From Candidatus Moraniibacteriota bacterium (GTDB taxonomy: Bacteria > Patescibacteriota > Minisyncoccia > Moranbacterales > UBA1568): DNA of 64,000 nt. Location: NCBI GenBank assembly GCA_030648835.1, contig JAUSGT010000002.1, forward strand, positions 437,458 through 501,457. The letters run 5' to 3'. This document shows positions 1-10,369 of this stretch, in pieces. The position numbers and the translations under genes are program-made. Numbering within the stretch: position 1 is the first letter of the stretch; every line of letters starts with the position of its first letter. The notes below the pieces were generated by a model that searched no databases, was not told the origin of the DNA, and worked only from the letters and a program-made list of their open reading frames with translations.

Positions 1-215
1 GTTCCTTCGATGACAGTGCCATCAGTCGTGTCAACTTCCATTTTGCGTGGTCGACCCGATTTCTTTTTACCTTCAAGTTGCAGAAGCATCGCTTTGGCGC
101 CCTGGATAGTTTTTTCGGCGCTCATCACCATATCGCGGAGAGCCTGAATTTTCATCGTTTGTTCCTGCCCGCTCTCTTGCTTCGGATCAACTTCTGTATT
201 GTTATTCGGTGTCAT
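1..215 (-). CDS. Hypothetical protein, N-terminal part (continues off the window start)
   Basis: Manual translation from ATG at 215: MTPNNNTEVDPKQESGQEQTMKIQALRDMVMSAEKTIQGAKAMLLQLEGKKKSGRPRKMEVDTTDGTVIEG, open to the edge. Missing from the ORF track because it has no stop in the window. Confidence 0.7.
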   Translation of the reverse strand, partial: MTPNNNTEVDPKQESGQEQTMKIQALRDMVMSAEKTIQGAKAMLLQLEGKKKSGRPRKMEVDTTDGTVIEG

Positions 216-647
216 ACTTTTGTTTTTGGACTATTCCACAAAAGAAAATATCTTCTGTGGGAGGTGCCCCTTTTTTTGTTTGTTTTGTGTCTCCAGTATA
301 GATGGTTTCGTAAATTTATGCAAATCCTTTTTGTGCCAAGAGAGGAGCGGTTTGCTATTGCATCGGCAATGTACAAGAGTGAAAAAAAATTAAGCGTTTT
401 GTCGAAAAGGGGGATTACCACAATCATGAAATGGACTATTTTTTCCAATAGTTTCGGGTACGTAATCAGGCTTGATGTGTTGTCTTTACGGCCATCGTTA
501 TTTCCGGGGCGATACGCAAAGCGGCTGAAACCCTTGACCCCAGCACCTATCTTTTTGGAGACTGGTGAAAACTTTTTATCAAAGCCGATAGGCGACTACG
601 TCTTACGCTGTTTGTAACAGATATTTTTGTCAGAGATAGGTGCGGGG

Positions 648-677
648 TTGACAAAAAGTAAGAATATGCGGTAATAT
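648..677 (+). promoter_or_regulatory. Putative sigma70 promoter for the 730 gene
   Basis: TTGACA (648-653), 18-nt spacer, TAATAT (672-677). Confidence 0.45.
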
Positions 678-729
678 TAATCGATTCAATAAGGAAGCGA
701 ATCATAACCGATAGAGAGGCAAAAAGCAT

Positions 730-1803
730 ATGGTGCACAACAATTACATTTTACCGAAGACCGTCAAAACAAGCGCTGAAGAGCCTTTGTCTTTTGGGGC
801 TGCTTTGGAGCAATTCTTGGGTCGTTTGCCAGCTCGCTCTCGCGATATTGTCATGGCTCGTTTTGGTATAGATGATGGTCGCTCAAAAACATTGGAAGAA
901 ATCGGACGGATCTACCAGATTACGCGGGAACGCGTGCGGCAAGTGATCGCGAGCGCTCTCGGATTTCTTGCCGGTCTTCATGAACATCCGACGCTTCTCA
1001 AAATATCAGAGCGAATTCAATCGACGCTGGAAGAAAAAAATGGTATCATAAAGACAGACAAGTTGCTCGATATCTTGGCGCCGAAGGGCGGAAAGGAACG
1101 CGGGGCTTTACTTACCTTCATTGAATGTCTCCCCATCATCAAACACGAGAAAGCAACAGAGGAGTATGAGGAGATCTATAGGTTGAATGATTTCTCGTTT
1201 GCCGAATGGAAGAAGGTGAAGGATGTGGCCAAAGCGATTCTTGAAGAAACCAATCAGGCGCTTGAAGAAGAGGAACTTTTCGTTCGTTTTCAAAAAAAGA
1301 ACAGTACGATAAGCAAACAAGAACTGTTTGATTTTCTTACCGTCTCGAAGGATGTTTGTCAAAACGTGTTTGGGAAATGGGGGCTTTCCAATTGGAGTGA
1401 TATCAAGCCACGGGGAACACGTGAGAAAGCACATCTGGTCCTGAAAACGAAAGGTGTACCGCTTCATTTCCGTCAGATTGCCTCACTGATCGATAGTTAT
1501 GGTCTGAAGAACAGCAAGAAACCGGAGAGTCATCCGCAGACCGTGCACAATGAGCTTATCAAAGACAAACGGTTTGTACTTATTGGTCGCGGTATTTACG
1601 CGCTTTCCGAATGGGGGTACAAGAAAGGCACTGTCAAAGAAGTTTTGGAAGAAATTTTGCGTAAAGCTACTCAGCCATTGTCCCGTGAAGAAGTGCTTGC
1701 TCAGGTTCTCAAGGTTCGCCAAGTCAAAAAATCGACCGTCATTATCAACCTGAATGCTTTTTTCAGTCGCGTCGGCAAAAACGCCTACAGTTTCAAAAAA
1801 TAA
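730..1803 (+). CDS. Sigma70 region-4-like HTH protein with C-terminal winged-helix (HARE-HTH/RpoE-delta-like) domains
   Basis: RSRDIVMARFG...KTLEEIGRIYQITRERVRQV is a region 4 HTH. PLHFRQIA...QTVHNELIKDKRFVLIGRGIYALSEWG is a wHTH. No sigma region 2. Confidence 0.75.
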   Translation: MVHNNYILPKTVKTSAEEPLSFGAALEQFLGRLPARSRDIVMARFGIDDGRSKTLEEIGRIYQITRERVRQVIASALGFLAGLHEHPTLLKISERIQSTLEEKNGIIKTDKLLDILAPKGGKERGALLTFIECLPIIKHEKATEEYEEIYRLNDFSFAEWKKVKDVAKAILEETNQALEEEELFVRFQKKNSTISKQELFDFLTVSKDVCQNVFGKWGLSNWSDIKPRGTREKAHLVLKTKGVPLHFRQIASLIDSYGLKNSKKPESHPQTVHNELIKDKRFVLIGRGIYALSEWGYKKGTVKEVLEEILRKATQPLSREEVLAQVLKVRQVKKSTVIINLNAFFSRVGKNAYSFKK

Positions 1804-1888
1804 CTGTTGAGATCGTATCCTATCGCAGAAGCAGATATATTTTCTATTGTTACCGAAGAGGTAACGGGGTCAACGAACCCATATCAAC

Positions 1889-3187
1889 ATGGACACCCTC
1901 TTTTCCAGTCTTGCAGACGCTTTCGCGAATTTGTGGAATGTTTTTTCCGCCGCCTTTGATGTGTGGTTTATTATTTTTCCGCCGCTTTTTTTCTTTCTTT
2001 TCAAAATCCTTTGGAAATTACATGTAGAGGATAAGTTTGGAGCTAAGCTTAAGTGGGTGTTGCTCGAACTCATCCCACCGCGGGATATAGAGAAGAGCCC
2101 GCTTCCCATGGAGTCCATTTTTGCCGGATTTGCCGGTGTTATCAAAACCGCGACTGCTGCTGAAGTGTGGATCAAAGGAGAATTTCCAACAGCCTTTTCT
2201 TTGGAAATCGCGAGTACCGAAGGCAATGTCCATATGTATGTAAGGACACACGCCGGTTTTCGCCATCTTATCGAAGCGAACTTTTACGCCCAGTATCCGA
2301 ATATCGAGATCGTCGAGGTGCCGGATTATGTTCATACCGTCCCCATAACGGTGCCAAACAAGGATTGGGAACTGTGGGGGTGTGACTTTGGGTTGGCGAA
2401 GGATGATTTGTACCCGATCAGGACATACAAATACTTTGAAGAGTCGGTGACGGGGAAGATGATTGACCCTCTTGGCGGGGTGATTGAAACCATGGGAAAA
2501 ATCGGCCCCGGTCAGCATATGTGGATTCAGTGGATCATTACACCGATCAAAGAGACTTGGTACGATATCGGCGCGACCACGGTTGATGAATTTTTGGGAA
2601 AAGTAGAAGAGAAAAAACTAGGAGTGTTTGGACGTGTCTTCCACGATTTGCTGGATGTTTTCAAGAACATTGGTGGCGGTCTTCTGGCTCGGGAAGTGAC
2701 ATTCACTTCACCCGAAGAGAAAGAAGAAAAAGAAGAAGCTCCGGTTGAATTTCGTCTCACACCGGGGGAAAAAGAAGTTTTGAAAGCTCTCCAAGCGAAT
2801 CTCGCCAAGCAGATGTTCAGGACACGAATGCGTTATGTGTATATAGCGCGTAATGAAGTTTTCGATAAGCCAACGGGGGTTTCCGCTTTCATCGGCAGCA
2901 TAAAACAATTCAACGATTTTAACTTGAACAGCTTTTCGGTAGATGATCTGTCAAAAACGTACGCGGATTACCTGTTTACGAAGGAGCGTTTGCGTTATCG
3001 TCAGCGGCGTCTGCTTCGTCGCTATATCAAGCGTGATTCCGATCCGCAGAATACTCGTTTTCTTCTGAGCACCGAGGAGTTGGCAACCGTTTTCCATATA
3101 CCGGATATGGCGGTTATTGCTCCGACCATGGTGCGTGTGGCTGCCAAACATGGGGGAGCCCCGGTCAATTTACCGATTCAAGAATAA
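1889..3187 (+). CDS. Membrane-anchored conserved hypothetical protein, partner of the downstream VirD4-like ATPase
   Basis: 432 aa with an N-terminal TM segment and FSLEI...AQYP and LSTEELATVFHIP motifs; ends 6 nt before the next gene. Confidence 0.7.
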   Translation: MDTLFSSLADAFANLWNVFSAAFDVWFIIFPPLFFFLFKILWKLHVEDKFGAKLKWVLLELIPPRDIEKSPLPMESIFAGFAGVIKTATAAEVWIKGEFPTAFSLEIASTEGNVHMYVRTHAGFRHLIEANFYAQYPNIEIVEVPDYVHTVPITVPNKDWELWGCDFGLAKDDLYPIRTYKYFEESVTGKMIDPLGGVIETMGKIGPGQHMWIQWIITPIKETWYDIGATTVDEFLGKVEEKKLGVFGRVFHDLLDVFKNIGGGLLAREVTFTSPEEKEEKEEAPVEFRLTPGEKEVLKALQANLAKQMFRTRMRYVYIARNEVFDKPTGVSAFIGSIKQFNDFNLNSFSVDDLSKTYADYLFTKERLRYRQRRLLRRYIKRDSDPQNTRFLLSTEELATVFHIPDMAVIAPTMVRVAAKHGGAPVNLPIQE

Positions 3188-3193
3188 ACTACT

Positions 3194-5203
3194 ATGCCAC
3201 GTCACATTCAAAACGATATCACATTTTTTGCCAAGACCAATTTCCGCAACCAGGAAAAGGTCTTTGGTATCAAGACTGATGATCGTCGCCGGCATATGTA
3301 TGTCATCGGCAAGACGGGTATGGGCAAGACAAACTTGCTTGAGAATTTGGCTATCCAGGATATCCAGAAGGGCCACGGCATCGCTTTTCTTGATCCGCAC
3401 GGCGATACTGCGGAAAAGCTTATCAAAGCCATTCCCGCCTCGCGTATCAACGATGTCATCTATCTTAATCCGTCTGATCAGGAGTTTCCGATTGCGTTCA
3501 ACGTGATGGAAAAAGTTGAGCCTGAGTATCGGCATCTGGTGTGTTCTGGACTTGTGGGTGTGTTCAAAAAAATCTGGGCGGACTCTTGGGGCCCACGTCT
3601 CGAATATATTTTGCGAAACGCCATCTTGGCGCTTCTTGAATATCCGGGGAGCACGCTTCTCGGCGTGACGCGTATCCTGGTGGACAAGTCATACCGGGCG
3701 CGGGTGGTGGAGAAAATCACCGATCCGGTGGTGCGCAGTTTCTGGGTGGATGAATTTTCTATGTGGAACGATCGCGTACTACAGGAAGTCATTTCTCCGA
3801 TTCAGAACAAAGTCGGGCAATTCCTTTCCAGTTCTCTCATCAGAAACATCGTCGGTCAGACAGTGTCGTCATTCAATATTCGGGAAGTGATGGATCAGAA
3901 AAAAATTCTTATCATCAACCTTTCCAAAGGGCGGATTGGCGAAGACAACGGAGCGCTGCTTGGGGCTATGATGATTACCAAAATCCAATTGGCCGCGATG
4001 GGACGGGTGGATATTCCCGAGGACGAACGCAAAGATTTTTATCTGTATGTCGATGAATTTCAGAATTTCGCGACGGAGTCATTCGCGAATATTCTCTCTG
4101 AAGCGCGCAAGTACCATCTGAACCTGATTCTCGCCAATCAGTACGTGACGCAAATCGCTGAGGAAGTGCGTGACGCCATCTTCGGTAACGCGGGGAGTAT
4201 CATCTCATTTCGGGTGGGAGCGATGGATGCGGAATTTTTGGAAAAAGAATTTGAACCGGTGTTCATGATGAACGATATCGTAAATCTTGAGAAGTATCAT
4301 ATTTATCTGAAACTGATGATTGACGGAATCGCGGGGGATGCCTTTAGTGCGACAACACTTCCGCCCATCAAACTTGAAGACGCCGGCAACGAAGCAAAGA
4401 TCATCAATAGTTCCCGTGAGCGCTACTCCTCGAGTAAAGTCGAGGTAGAAGACAAGATCCGCCGGTGGAGCGGGATGCTGACGTCGGAGGAACGCCAAGC
4501 CATCGTTGATGAAAAACAGATGAGCACACCGCAAGCGGTATCGCAGGTAGCAACATTGCCGGGTCAGTCGGCCCCACCGCGCAGACCGGCAGCCGAGAGA
4601 GGTCAGATTTCCAAGAAAAGTGAAGCCGTGGTCGGTGCGCCTGTCGCACATTTGCCGAAAGAACGGAAGGAAAAAATAGCGGTGGAAAAAGTTGTGTCGC
4701 CTCCTCGTCAGTCGGCATCAACGGTTGTTTCCGATGCATCTTGGGAAAAAGAAGTAGTACCTAAAAAAGAGGAAGAAAAAACTCCGGAGCAAACAGGCGT
4801 GGCAAAGACACCCGTTTTTGCAACAGAGGAAAAGAAATTGTACAAGGCGTTTTGCGCGACGTGCGGAGTTGAGATCCAGGTGCCTTTTGTGCCGGATGGC
4901 AAGCGTCCGACATTCTGCAAAGATTGCCTGCGTGATTATCAGCGTTCCGTGGCCAAGGTAAAAAATGAGGTGGATGCGAAAAATGCGGCAGCCACTCTTT
5001 CTCCAAAGCTTTCGGTTTTATCCACGCCAGCGCCACGGGAGCGTGTCGCTCAGCATAAAACCTATGTTTCGACGGATGTACCGATGTCACTTTCGCAGAT
5101 CCAGCACGTGGGGCCCAAGAAGTTCAAGCCACTCCGCAATCGTCCCTCGGTCAACCTTGACGAAGTCCGCGCCCTCATCGATGCCAATAGGAAAGAGAGC
5201 TAA
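3194..5203 (+). CDS. VirD4/TraD (HerA-FtsK superfamily) coupling-protein-like ATPase with a C-terminal CxxC-x17-CxxC domain
   Basis: Walker A GKTGMGKT, DPHGD, Walker B LYVDEFQNF, LSEARKY; low-complexity linker followed by CATCGVEIQVPFVPDGKRPTFCKDC. Confidence 0.85.
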   Translation: MPRHIQNDITFFAKTNFRNQEKVFGIKTDDRRRHMYVIGKTGMGKTNLLENLAIQDIQKGHGIAFLDPHGDTAEKLIKAIPASRINDVIYLNPSDQEFPIAFNVMEKVEPEYRHLVCSGLVGVFKKIWADSWGPRLEYILRNAILALLEYPGSTLLGVTRILVDKSYRARVVEKITDPVVRSFWVDEFSMWNDRVLQEVISPIQNKVGQFLSSSLIRNIVGQTVSSFNIREVMDQKKILIINLSKGRIGEDNGALLGAMMITKIQLAAMGRVDIPEDERKDFYLYVDEFQNFATESFANILSEARKYHLNLILANQYVTQIAEEVRDAIFGNAGSIISFRVGAMDAEFLEKEFEPVFMMNDIVNLEKYHIYLKLMIDGIAGDAFSATTLPPIKLEDAGNEAKIINSSRERYSSSKVEVEDKIRRWSGMLTSEERQAIVDEKQMSTPQAVSQVATLPGQSAPPRRPAAERGQISKKSEAVVGAPVAHLPKERKEKIAVEKVVSPPRQSASTVVSDASWEKEVVPKKEEEKTPEQTGVAKTPVFATEEKKLYKAFCATCGVEIQVPFVPDGKRPTFCKDCLRDYQRSVAKVKNEVDAKNAAATLSPKLSVLSTPAPRERVAQHKTYVSTDVPMSLSQIQHVGPKKFKPLRNRPSVNLDEVRALIDANRKES

Positions 5204-5407
5204 TCTATCACTTTTCTTGTTTCAGGATGGTATTTTTGGTACTATAGGAAGACATTGATAACGATAAAAATATGAGTTTCAAAAAATGGCACAAAAGAAT
5301 CTACAAGTGGTGGGTAATCATATCTATTTTTGTTGTGGTGTCCATGGTAGGGTTTTTGGTAGCCCCGTTCTTTCTTTATTAGCAAACAAAATTTCACTGA
5401 CCTCGGT

Positions 5408-5809
5408 ATGGCACAACGCAGATGGTGGCTCAGGATGGTGGTAGTGGCGGTTCTCATCCTTATCGGTTGGGTGCTCTATGTTTCTTCCAAGCAGGTCGAG
5501 AGAAACCGTCGTATTCAGGAAGAAATCGGGACACTGGAAACCGAAGCCGCCAAAATCAGCCGTGAGAATGAGACGCTTTCCGAAAGGATCAGTTATTTTG
5601 CTTCGGATGACTTTCGCGAACAGGAGGCCAAAAAAAAGCTCGGGCTGAAAAAAACGGAAGAAACAGTTGTGGAAGTGAAGCCGGCGCCGGGATACGAGAA
5701 TGGAGGAGAAGCTTCTCGGGGAGAGTCGCAAGTATCATCCAAAAACAGCGAGGATGAGAGCGCGGCGAATTATAAAAAATGGTGGAAAGTATTTTTTGGG
5801 GTCCGTTGA
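5408..5809 (+). CDS. Septum formation initiator (FtsB/DivIC family)
   Basis: TM helix, coiled coil, EQEAKKKLGLKKTEETVV motif. Confidence 0.75.
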   Translation: MAQRRWWLRMVVVAVLILIGWVLYVSSKQVERNRRIQEEIGTLETEAAKISRENETLSERISYFASDDFREQEAKKKLGLKKTEETVVEVKPAPGYENGGEASRGESQVSSKNSEDESAANYKKWWKVFFGVR

Positions 5810-5818
5810 GATATACAT

Positions 5819-6877
5819 ATGTCCGATACCATACAAAAACTTTTAAAAAAGGTGCATGTGAGTACACTCGTTTATGGGGGGCTCATTGTTCTTGTTTTCC
5901 TTCTTGCGACCAGCCTTATAGCGGTATATACCGTTTCCAAGTCGAATGTTTTTGTTGATCGTTTGAAAAGCGCCTTACCGTATCCGATAGCGATTGTCAG
6001 CTATCAGGATGGTATTACCTATCGGACCCTCTCCAAAAATATGGCCTCTGTCAAGCGTTTCTATGAAGCGCAGGATTTTGGGCAAATCGGTTTGCGCGTG
6101 GACTTTTCTACGGCAGAGGGGCAGAAGCGTTTCAAAGTACGTGAGAAAGAAGTGTTGAACAAGATGATCGAGGATGCCGCCATCAAGCGTTTGGCGAATG
6201 AGCGGGGCATAGAGGTGAGCCAAGACGAAGCGGTACAGGGTGTTTTACGGAAGCTGGAGGAGTACGGCAGTGGCGAAGAAGTAAAGAAAGATCTCCTGCG
6301 TTTGTATGGTTGGACACTTGCGGATTTTGAAGAAAAAGTCGTGATGCCGAGTCTCTATCAGGAGAAATTGCAAGAGAGTTTTGTCAAAGAAGTAGATGTC
6401 GCATCCAATGCAAAAGGCAAAATACGTTTGGCCCAGGATGCTCTTCGCACCAGTAAGCCGTTTGCCGATGTTGCCAAGCAGTATTCGGAGGGGCAGACGG
6501 GGGCAGAGGGAGGATCTTTGGGCTGGTTTGCGCTTGAAGATTTAACTCCGGAACTCCGCCCAAGTGTGATACTTCAGAAAGTCGGAGTGCCGGGAGACGT
6601 AGTCGAGAGTAATTTGGGATTTCACATTCTCTTGGTGGAAGAAATCAAGAAAGAAGACAGTCGGCAGTTGTACCGCTTGAGGCAGATTTTCACGCGTAAG
6701 ACGACTTTTGCCGATTTTCTTTCGGAAAAGATGCATGGATTATCGATACTCATTCTGTCTCCGGAATACCAGTGGGATGCAAGAGAAGCGCGCGTGGAAT
6801 TCAGAAGACAGGAATTGCGCGATTTTGAAAAAAATCTTTTTGAGAAGGCAGACGGAGATGCAGCCTTCTTCTTTTAA
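5819..6877 (+). CDS. PrsA/SurA-like foldase (SurA N domain plus parvulin PPIase)
   Basis: N-terminal TM, VLNKMIED helical domain, FADVAKQYSE...GGSLGWF...ESNLGFHIL. Confidence 0.8.
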   Translation: MSDTIQKLLKKVHVSTLVYGGLIVLVFLLATSLIAVYTVSKSNVFVDRLKSALPYPIAIVSYQDGITYRTLSKNMASVKRFYEAQDFGQIGLRVDFSTAEGQKRFKVREKEVLNKMIEDAAIKRLANERGIEVSQDEAVQGVLRKLEEYGSGEEVKKDLLRLYGWTLADFEEKVVMPSLYQEKLQESFVKEVDVASNAKGKIRLAQDALRTSKPFADVAKQYSEGQTGAEGGSLGWFALEDLTPELRPSVILQKVGVPGDVVESNLGFHILLVEEIKKEDSRQLYRLRQIFTRKTTFADFLSEKMHGLSILILSPEYQWDAREARVEFRRQELRDFEKNLFEKADGDAAFFF

Positions 6878-6911
6878 GTTTAGGAAATGAAGCAAAGGCC
6901 AGGAGTCACAT

Positions 6912-6938
6912 AAAAGAGGCTTTGATAAGCCTCTTTTT
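6912..6938 (+). terminator. Intrinsic terminator, possibly bidirectional
   Basis: AAAAGAGGCTT-TGAT-AAGCCTCTTTTT. Confidence 0.7.
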
Positions 6939-7038
6939 AGCATTAATTTTTTTGGTTCTCGCTTCATAATTTCTCATCCCAATTCTTTTTTGTAATATGT
7001 TATAGTAAACATATTAGATTTTCCAATTTTTTGAAGAT

Positions 7039-7794
7039 ATGATTTTTCATTTTACTGTTTTTTTCTGGAGCGTTATTTTTGCCTTTGGATTGGAAGCGAT
7101 TGCGGGGAATCCGATTTCCCTCTCATGGGGCTGGTATTTCTTTTCCATTCTGCCGCTCGTGATTATTTCGCTTGTTGCGAGTCGGCGGATTACCAAACGG
7201 TATGCGGACGCGTTTTTACCGGGTCTTCTTTCCTTCGTCGCGCCGATGCTCCTTTCTCTTATCGACAATTCGACTGAGCGGCAAGTGTTCATTGCCTTGA
7301 GCACGCTCATGTATTACTTCTCGCTTTTGGGGATTTACCGTCTGCGACACGCGCCGGCCGACAAAACCGCCAAGGCTTTTCTTTATTCCGCGACCATGGC
7401 GGCCATGTTCTTTTTTTATACCGGGGTGTACGGATTTTATCTTAACTTTTCCTTTCCCCTGTGGGGTTTGATGCTCATCTATTTTCTCGGTACGGCGCTG
7501 ACGAGCTATGAAACCTTTCTTGGCGTGGAACAACAGGAACACCGACGTATGCGTCTGTATAGCGTACTTCTCGGTCTTGTTATGGGGGAGATGGCCTGGG
7601 TCATGAGTTTCTGGCCATTTGGCTATCTGACGACCGGGGCGATGGATCTTATTTTCTTTTTTGTTATCTGGGATATCGCGCTTGATGGTTTTCGTCAGAG
7701 GCTTTCGCTCAAAAAAGCGGTCGTAAGAATTCTCTTTTTTTCCGTATTGATAGCGCTTTTGCTTTCCAGTACTCCCTGGCGTATTCTGGTGTAG
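7039..7794 (+). CDS. Polytopic membrane protein of unknown function
   Basis: 251 aa with about 8-9 hydrophobic segments. Confidence 0.75.
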   Translation: MIFHFTVFFWSVIFAFGLEAIAGNPISLSWGWYFFSILPLVIISLVASRRITKRYADAFLPGLLSFVAPMLLSLIDNSTERQVFIALSTLMYYFSLLGIYRLRHAPADKTAKAFLYSATMAAMFFFYTGVYGFYLNFSFPLWGLMLIYFLGTALTSYETFLGVEQQEHRRMRLYSVLLGLVMGEMAWVMSFWPFGYLTTGAMDLIFFFVIWDIALDGFRQRLSLKKAVVRILFFSVLIALLLSSTPWRILV

Positions 7795-7853
7795 AAAGAG
7801 GGGCCGTAGGGTTGCCAAAAATGGGAATATGTGCCAGAATAAGGGGTAAAATT

Positions 7854-9011
7854 ATGGTTCAAAAATCGATTAAAAAATACTCCTTTATCGTGCTTTCGGC
7901 GGCAGGTGTTTTTGTGTTGGGCGGATTCGGCGGGGTAATTTTCGACCGCTACATTATTCCGGAGCTGAGCACGTATCCTTTTGTGACACGCTCGGGACTT
8001 TTCAAGAAACTGACCGAACGGGTCACCGTCATCAATAAGACAGAGCAAGTGGTGATACGCGAAGACGATACGGTGGAAAAAATTATTTCTCAACCGGCCA
8101 CGGCAGTGGTAAATATCATCGCGCTGACGGGTGAAAACAATACCGCTAAGAAGGAAAGAGCTTCGGCAACGGGGGTGCTCATTACCAACGATGGTCTGGT
8201 GGTTACGTACAGTGAAAACCCGTTCGGTAATGGTGACCTTCGGTATGCGGCGCTCTTGTTTGATGGTACGAGTAAGGGAATGGTTTTTGTGGGGTATGAT
8301 CCGTTGACAAATCTTTCCTTCTTTCGTCTGAATGATGCCGCCAATACGCCGGCGATTGCCTTGGCGAATTCCGATGACGCCCGCGTGGGAAAAAAACTGA
8401 TCGCTCTCGGCAACGGATTTGCACAGTATCAGAACCGTCTCGCGGTCAGCACGCTTGGCTCCGTCAATCGTATCTTCAATCTTTCCGGTAAGACCGTCGC
8501 TTCATCCGAAAAATGGGAAGGTGTTTTTGAAATAGATCTGGCCGCTCCGGAAAGTTTTATTGGTGGTCCGGCAGTGAGTATGAATGGGGAAATGGTTGGG
8601 CTGATTGGAACACTGACGATCGATAACGTGGTGCACACCTTTCTTATCCCGTCCAATGTCGTTCGCGAATCGTTTGATCACGCGGTGAACGGGACACTTG
8701 GAATGCGTCCGGTTTTTGGAGTCTATTATCTTTCCATCACCAAAGCACTCGCCCTTGAACAGGGACTCGCTCGTGATCATGGCGCGCTCGTTTATTCTCC
8801 TTCAGGTAAGACAGGGTTGGCAGTCCTCTTTGATTCTCCGGCTATGAAAGCCGGACTCTTGGCCGGAGACATTATCGAAGCGGTGAATGACAAGGAGATC
8901 ACCCTTGATCAGCCGCTTCCCGAAATACTCAGCGGTTTCAACAAGGGTGATTCGATAGAACTCCTTATTCTCCGGAATGGAGAAGAGAAAAAAATTTCTG
9001 TGACTCTCTAG
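7854..9011 (+). CDS. HtrA/DegP-like trypsin-fold plus PDZ protein, catalytic triad absent
   Basis: N-terminal TM, trypsin-like fold ending ...GGPAVSMNGEMVG, PDZ (SPAMKAGLLAGDIIEAVN). Start placed at ATG 7854. Confidence 0.8.
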   Translation: MVQKSIKKYSFIVLSAAGVFVLGGFGGVIFDRYIIPELSTYPFVTRSGLFKKLTERVTVINKTEQVVIREDDTVEKIISQPATAVVNIIALTGENNTAKKERASATGVLITNDGLVVTYSENPFGNGDLRYAALLFDGTSKGMVFVGYDPLTNLSFFRLNDAANTPAIALANSDDARVGKKLIALGNGFAQYQNRLAVSTLGSVNRIFNLSGKTVASSEKWEGVFEIDLAAPESFIGGPAVSMNGEMVGLIGTLTIDNVVHTFLIPSNVVRESFDHAVNGTLGMRPVFGVYYLSITKALALEQGLARDHGALVYSPSGKTGLAVLFDSPAMKAGLLAGDIIEAVNDKEITLDQPLPEILSGFNKGDSIELLILRNGEEKKISVTL

Positions 9012-9028
9012 ACGGGGAGTCTTTTTTT
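9002..9028 (+). terminator. Intrinsic terminator overlapping the stop of the HtrA-like gene
   Basis: GACTCTC-TAGACG-GGGAGTC followed by a T run. Confidence 0.5.
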
Positions 9029-9061
9029 GGTTACAATGAAGCAAATTGTTACAAAATATAT

Positions 9062-10303
9062 ATGCGTCAGACACAACTTTTCACACGGACCAAAAAAGAA
9101 GCACCCAGGGATGAAGTAAGCAGGAATGCAGAGCTACTCATCCGTGCCGGTTTCGTACACAAGGAAATGGCCGGGGTGTATTCTTTCCTTCCGCTCGGTC
9201 TCAGGGTGTTGAACAAAGTGATCGGAATCATTCGCGAAGAAATGAATGTTATCGATGGGCAAGAAATATCAATGACAGCTTTGCAGGAAAAAGAATTGTG
9301 GCAAAAAACCGACCGTTGGGATGACAAAAATGTGGATGTTTGGTTCAAGACGGCTTTGAAAAACGGCACGGAATTGGGGTTGGGCTGGACGCATGAGGAA
9401 CCGCTGACACGGCTTTTGACACAGCATATTTCTTCTTATCGCGATTTACCGGTACTCGTCTATCAGTTTCAGACGAAGTTCCGCAATGAAACGCGCGCCA
9501 AATCAGGCATTATGCGTATGCGGGAGTTCCTTATGAAGGACTTGTATTCTTTTGCCCGGACACAGGGAGAACATGAAAAAATATATGCTTCGGTACGCGC
9601 AGCTTATAAGAAAATTTTCGAACGCGTCGGTTTGGGTGAACGGACATATCCTACGTTCGCATCGGGAGGAGCTTTCAGTAAATACTCCGAGGAATTTCAG
9701 ACAATCAGTGACGCGGGTGAAGATTTGATTTACATTGATGAAGCCAGCGGGCAAGCTTTGAACAAAGAAGTATTGAATGATGCGGTATTGGCCGATCTCG
9801 GATTGAAACGTGAAAATTTGGTGGAGAAAAAAGCGGTTGAAGTGGGGAACATCTTTACTCTGGGGACAAAGTTTTCAGAGCCACTCGGGCTCATATTCAA
9901 GGACGAAGAAGGAGGCGCCCAGTCGGTTGTCATGGGCTGTTATGGCATCGGGCCGGGGCGAGTGATGGGGACGATCGCGGAAGCGCTCTCTGATGAGGCC
10001 GGCTTGGTGTGGCCGGAATCCGTAGCGCCTTTCAGGGTACATCTGCTTTCCTTGGGTGCCGACGAAAAAGCCTTGGAAATCTATAGCGCGCTCACAGCCG
10101 CCGGTATCGAAACGCTTTATGATGATCGTGATGTATCGGCCGGGGAGAAATTCGCCGAGAGCGATCTCATCGGTATTCCGTATCGTGTCGTTATCGGGAA
10201 GCGGTCGCTCGAGTCGGGGAAAGCAGAAATAAAAAAACGCACTTCTTCCGATATCGAAACAGTCTCACTGGAGGAGATTGTTCGGTATTTTGAAAAACTT
10301 TGA
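9062..10303 (+). CDS. proS: Proline--tRNA ligase (short form without INS editing domain)
   Basis: LLIRAGF, LGWTHEE, KFRNETRAKSGIMRMREFLMKDLYSF, EVGNIF, MGCYGIG; 413 aa. Confidence 0.95.
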   Translation: MRQTQLFTRTKKEAPRDEVSRNAELLIRAGFVHKEMAGVYSFLPLGLRVLNKVIGIIREEMNVIDGQEISMTALQEKELWQKTDRWDDKNVDVWFKTALKNGTELGLGWTHEEPLTRLLTQHISSYRDLPVLVYQFQTKFRNETRAKSGIMRMREFLMKDLYSFARTQGEHEKIYASVRAAYKKIFERVGLGERTYPTFASGGAFSKYSEEFQTISDAGEDLIYIDEASGQALNKEVLNDAVLADLGLKRENLVEKKAVEVGNIFTLGTKFSEPLGLIFKDEEGGAQSVVMGCYGIGPGRVMGTIAEALSDEAGLVWPESVAPFRVHLLSLGADEKALEIYSALTAAGIETLYDDRDVSAGEKFAESDLIGIPYRVVIGKRSLESGKAEIKKRTSSDIETVSLEEIVRYFEKL

Positions 10304-10369
10304 GATTTTTCGCTGAAAGGTTTTTAATTAAGGATTCTTGCTTCGCCCGAAGCAAGATATTGTTTTGAA

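Noticed and set aside
78-617. ORF-track protein 78..617 (+)
   Set aside because: It overlaps a better minus-strand gene start at 215 and a probable promoter region, and its composition is not protein-like
3194-5203. Integrative conjugative element
   Set aside because: No relaxase, T4SS, integrase or att sites; the flanks are housekeeping-type genes
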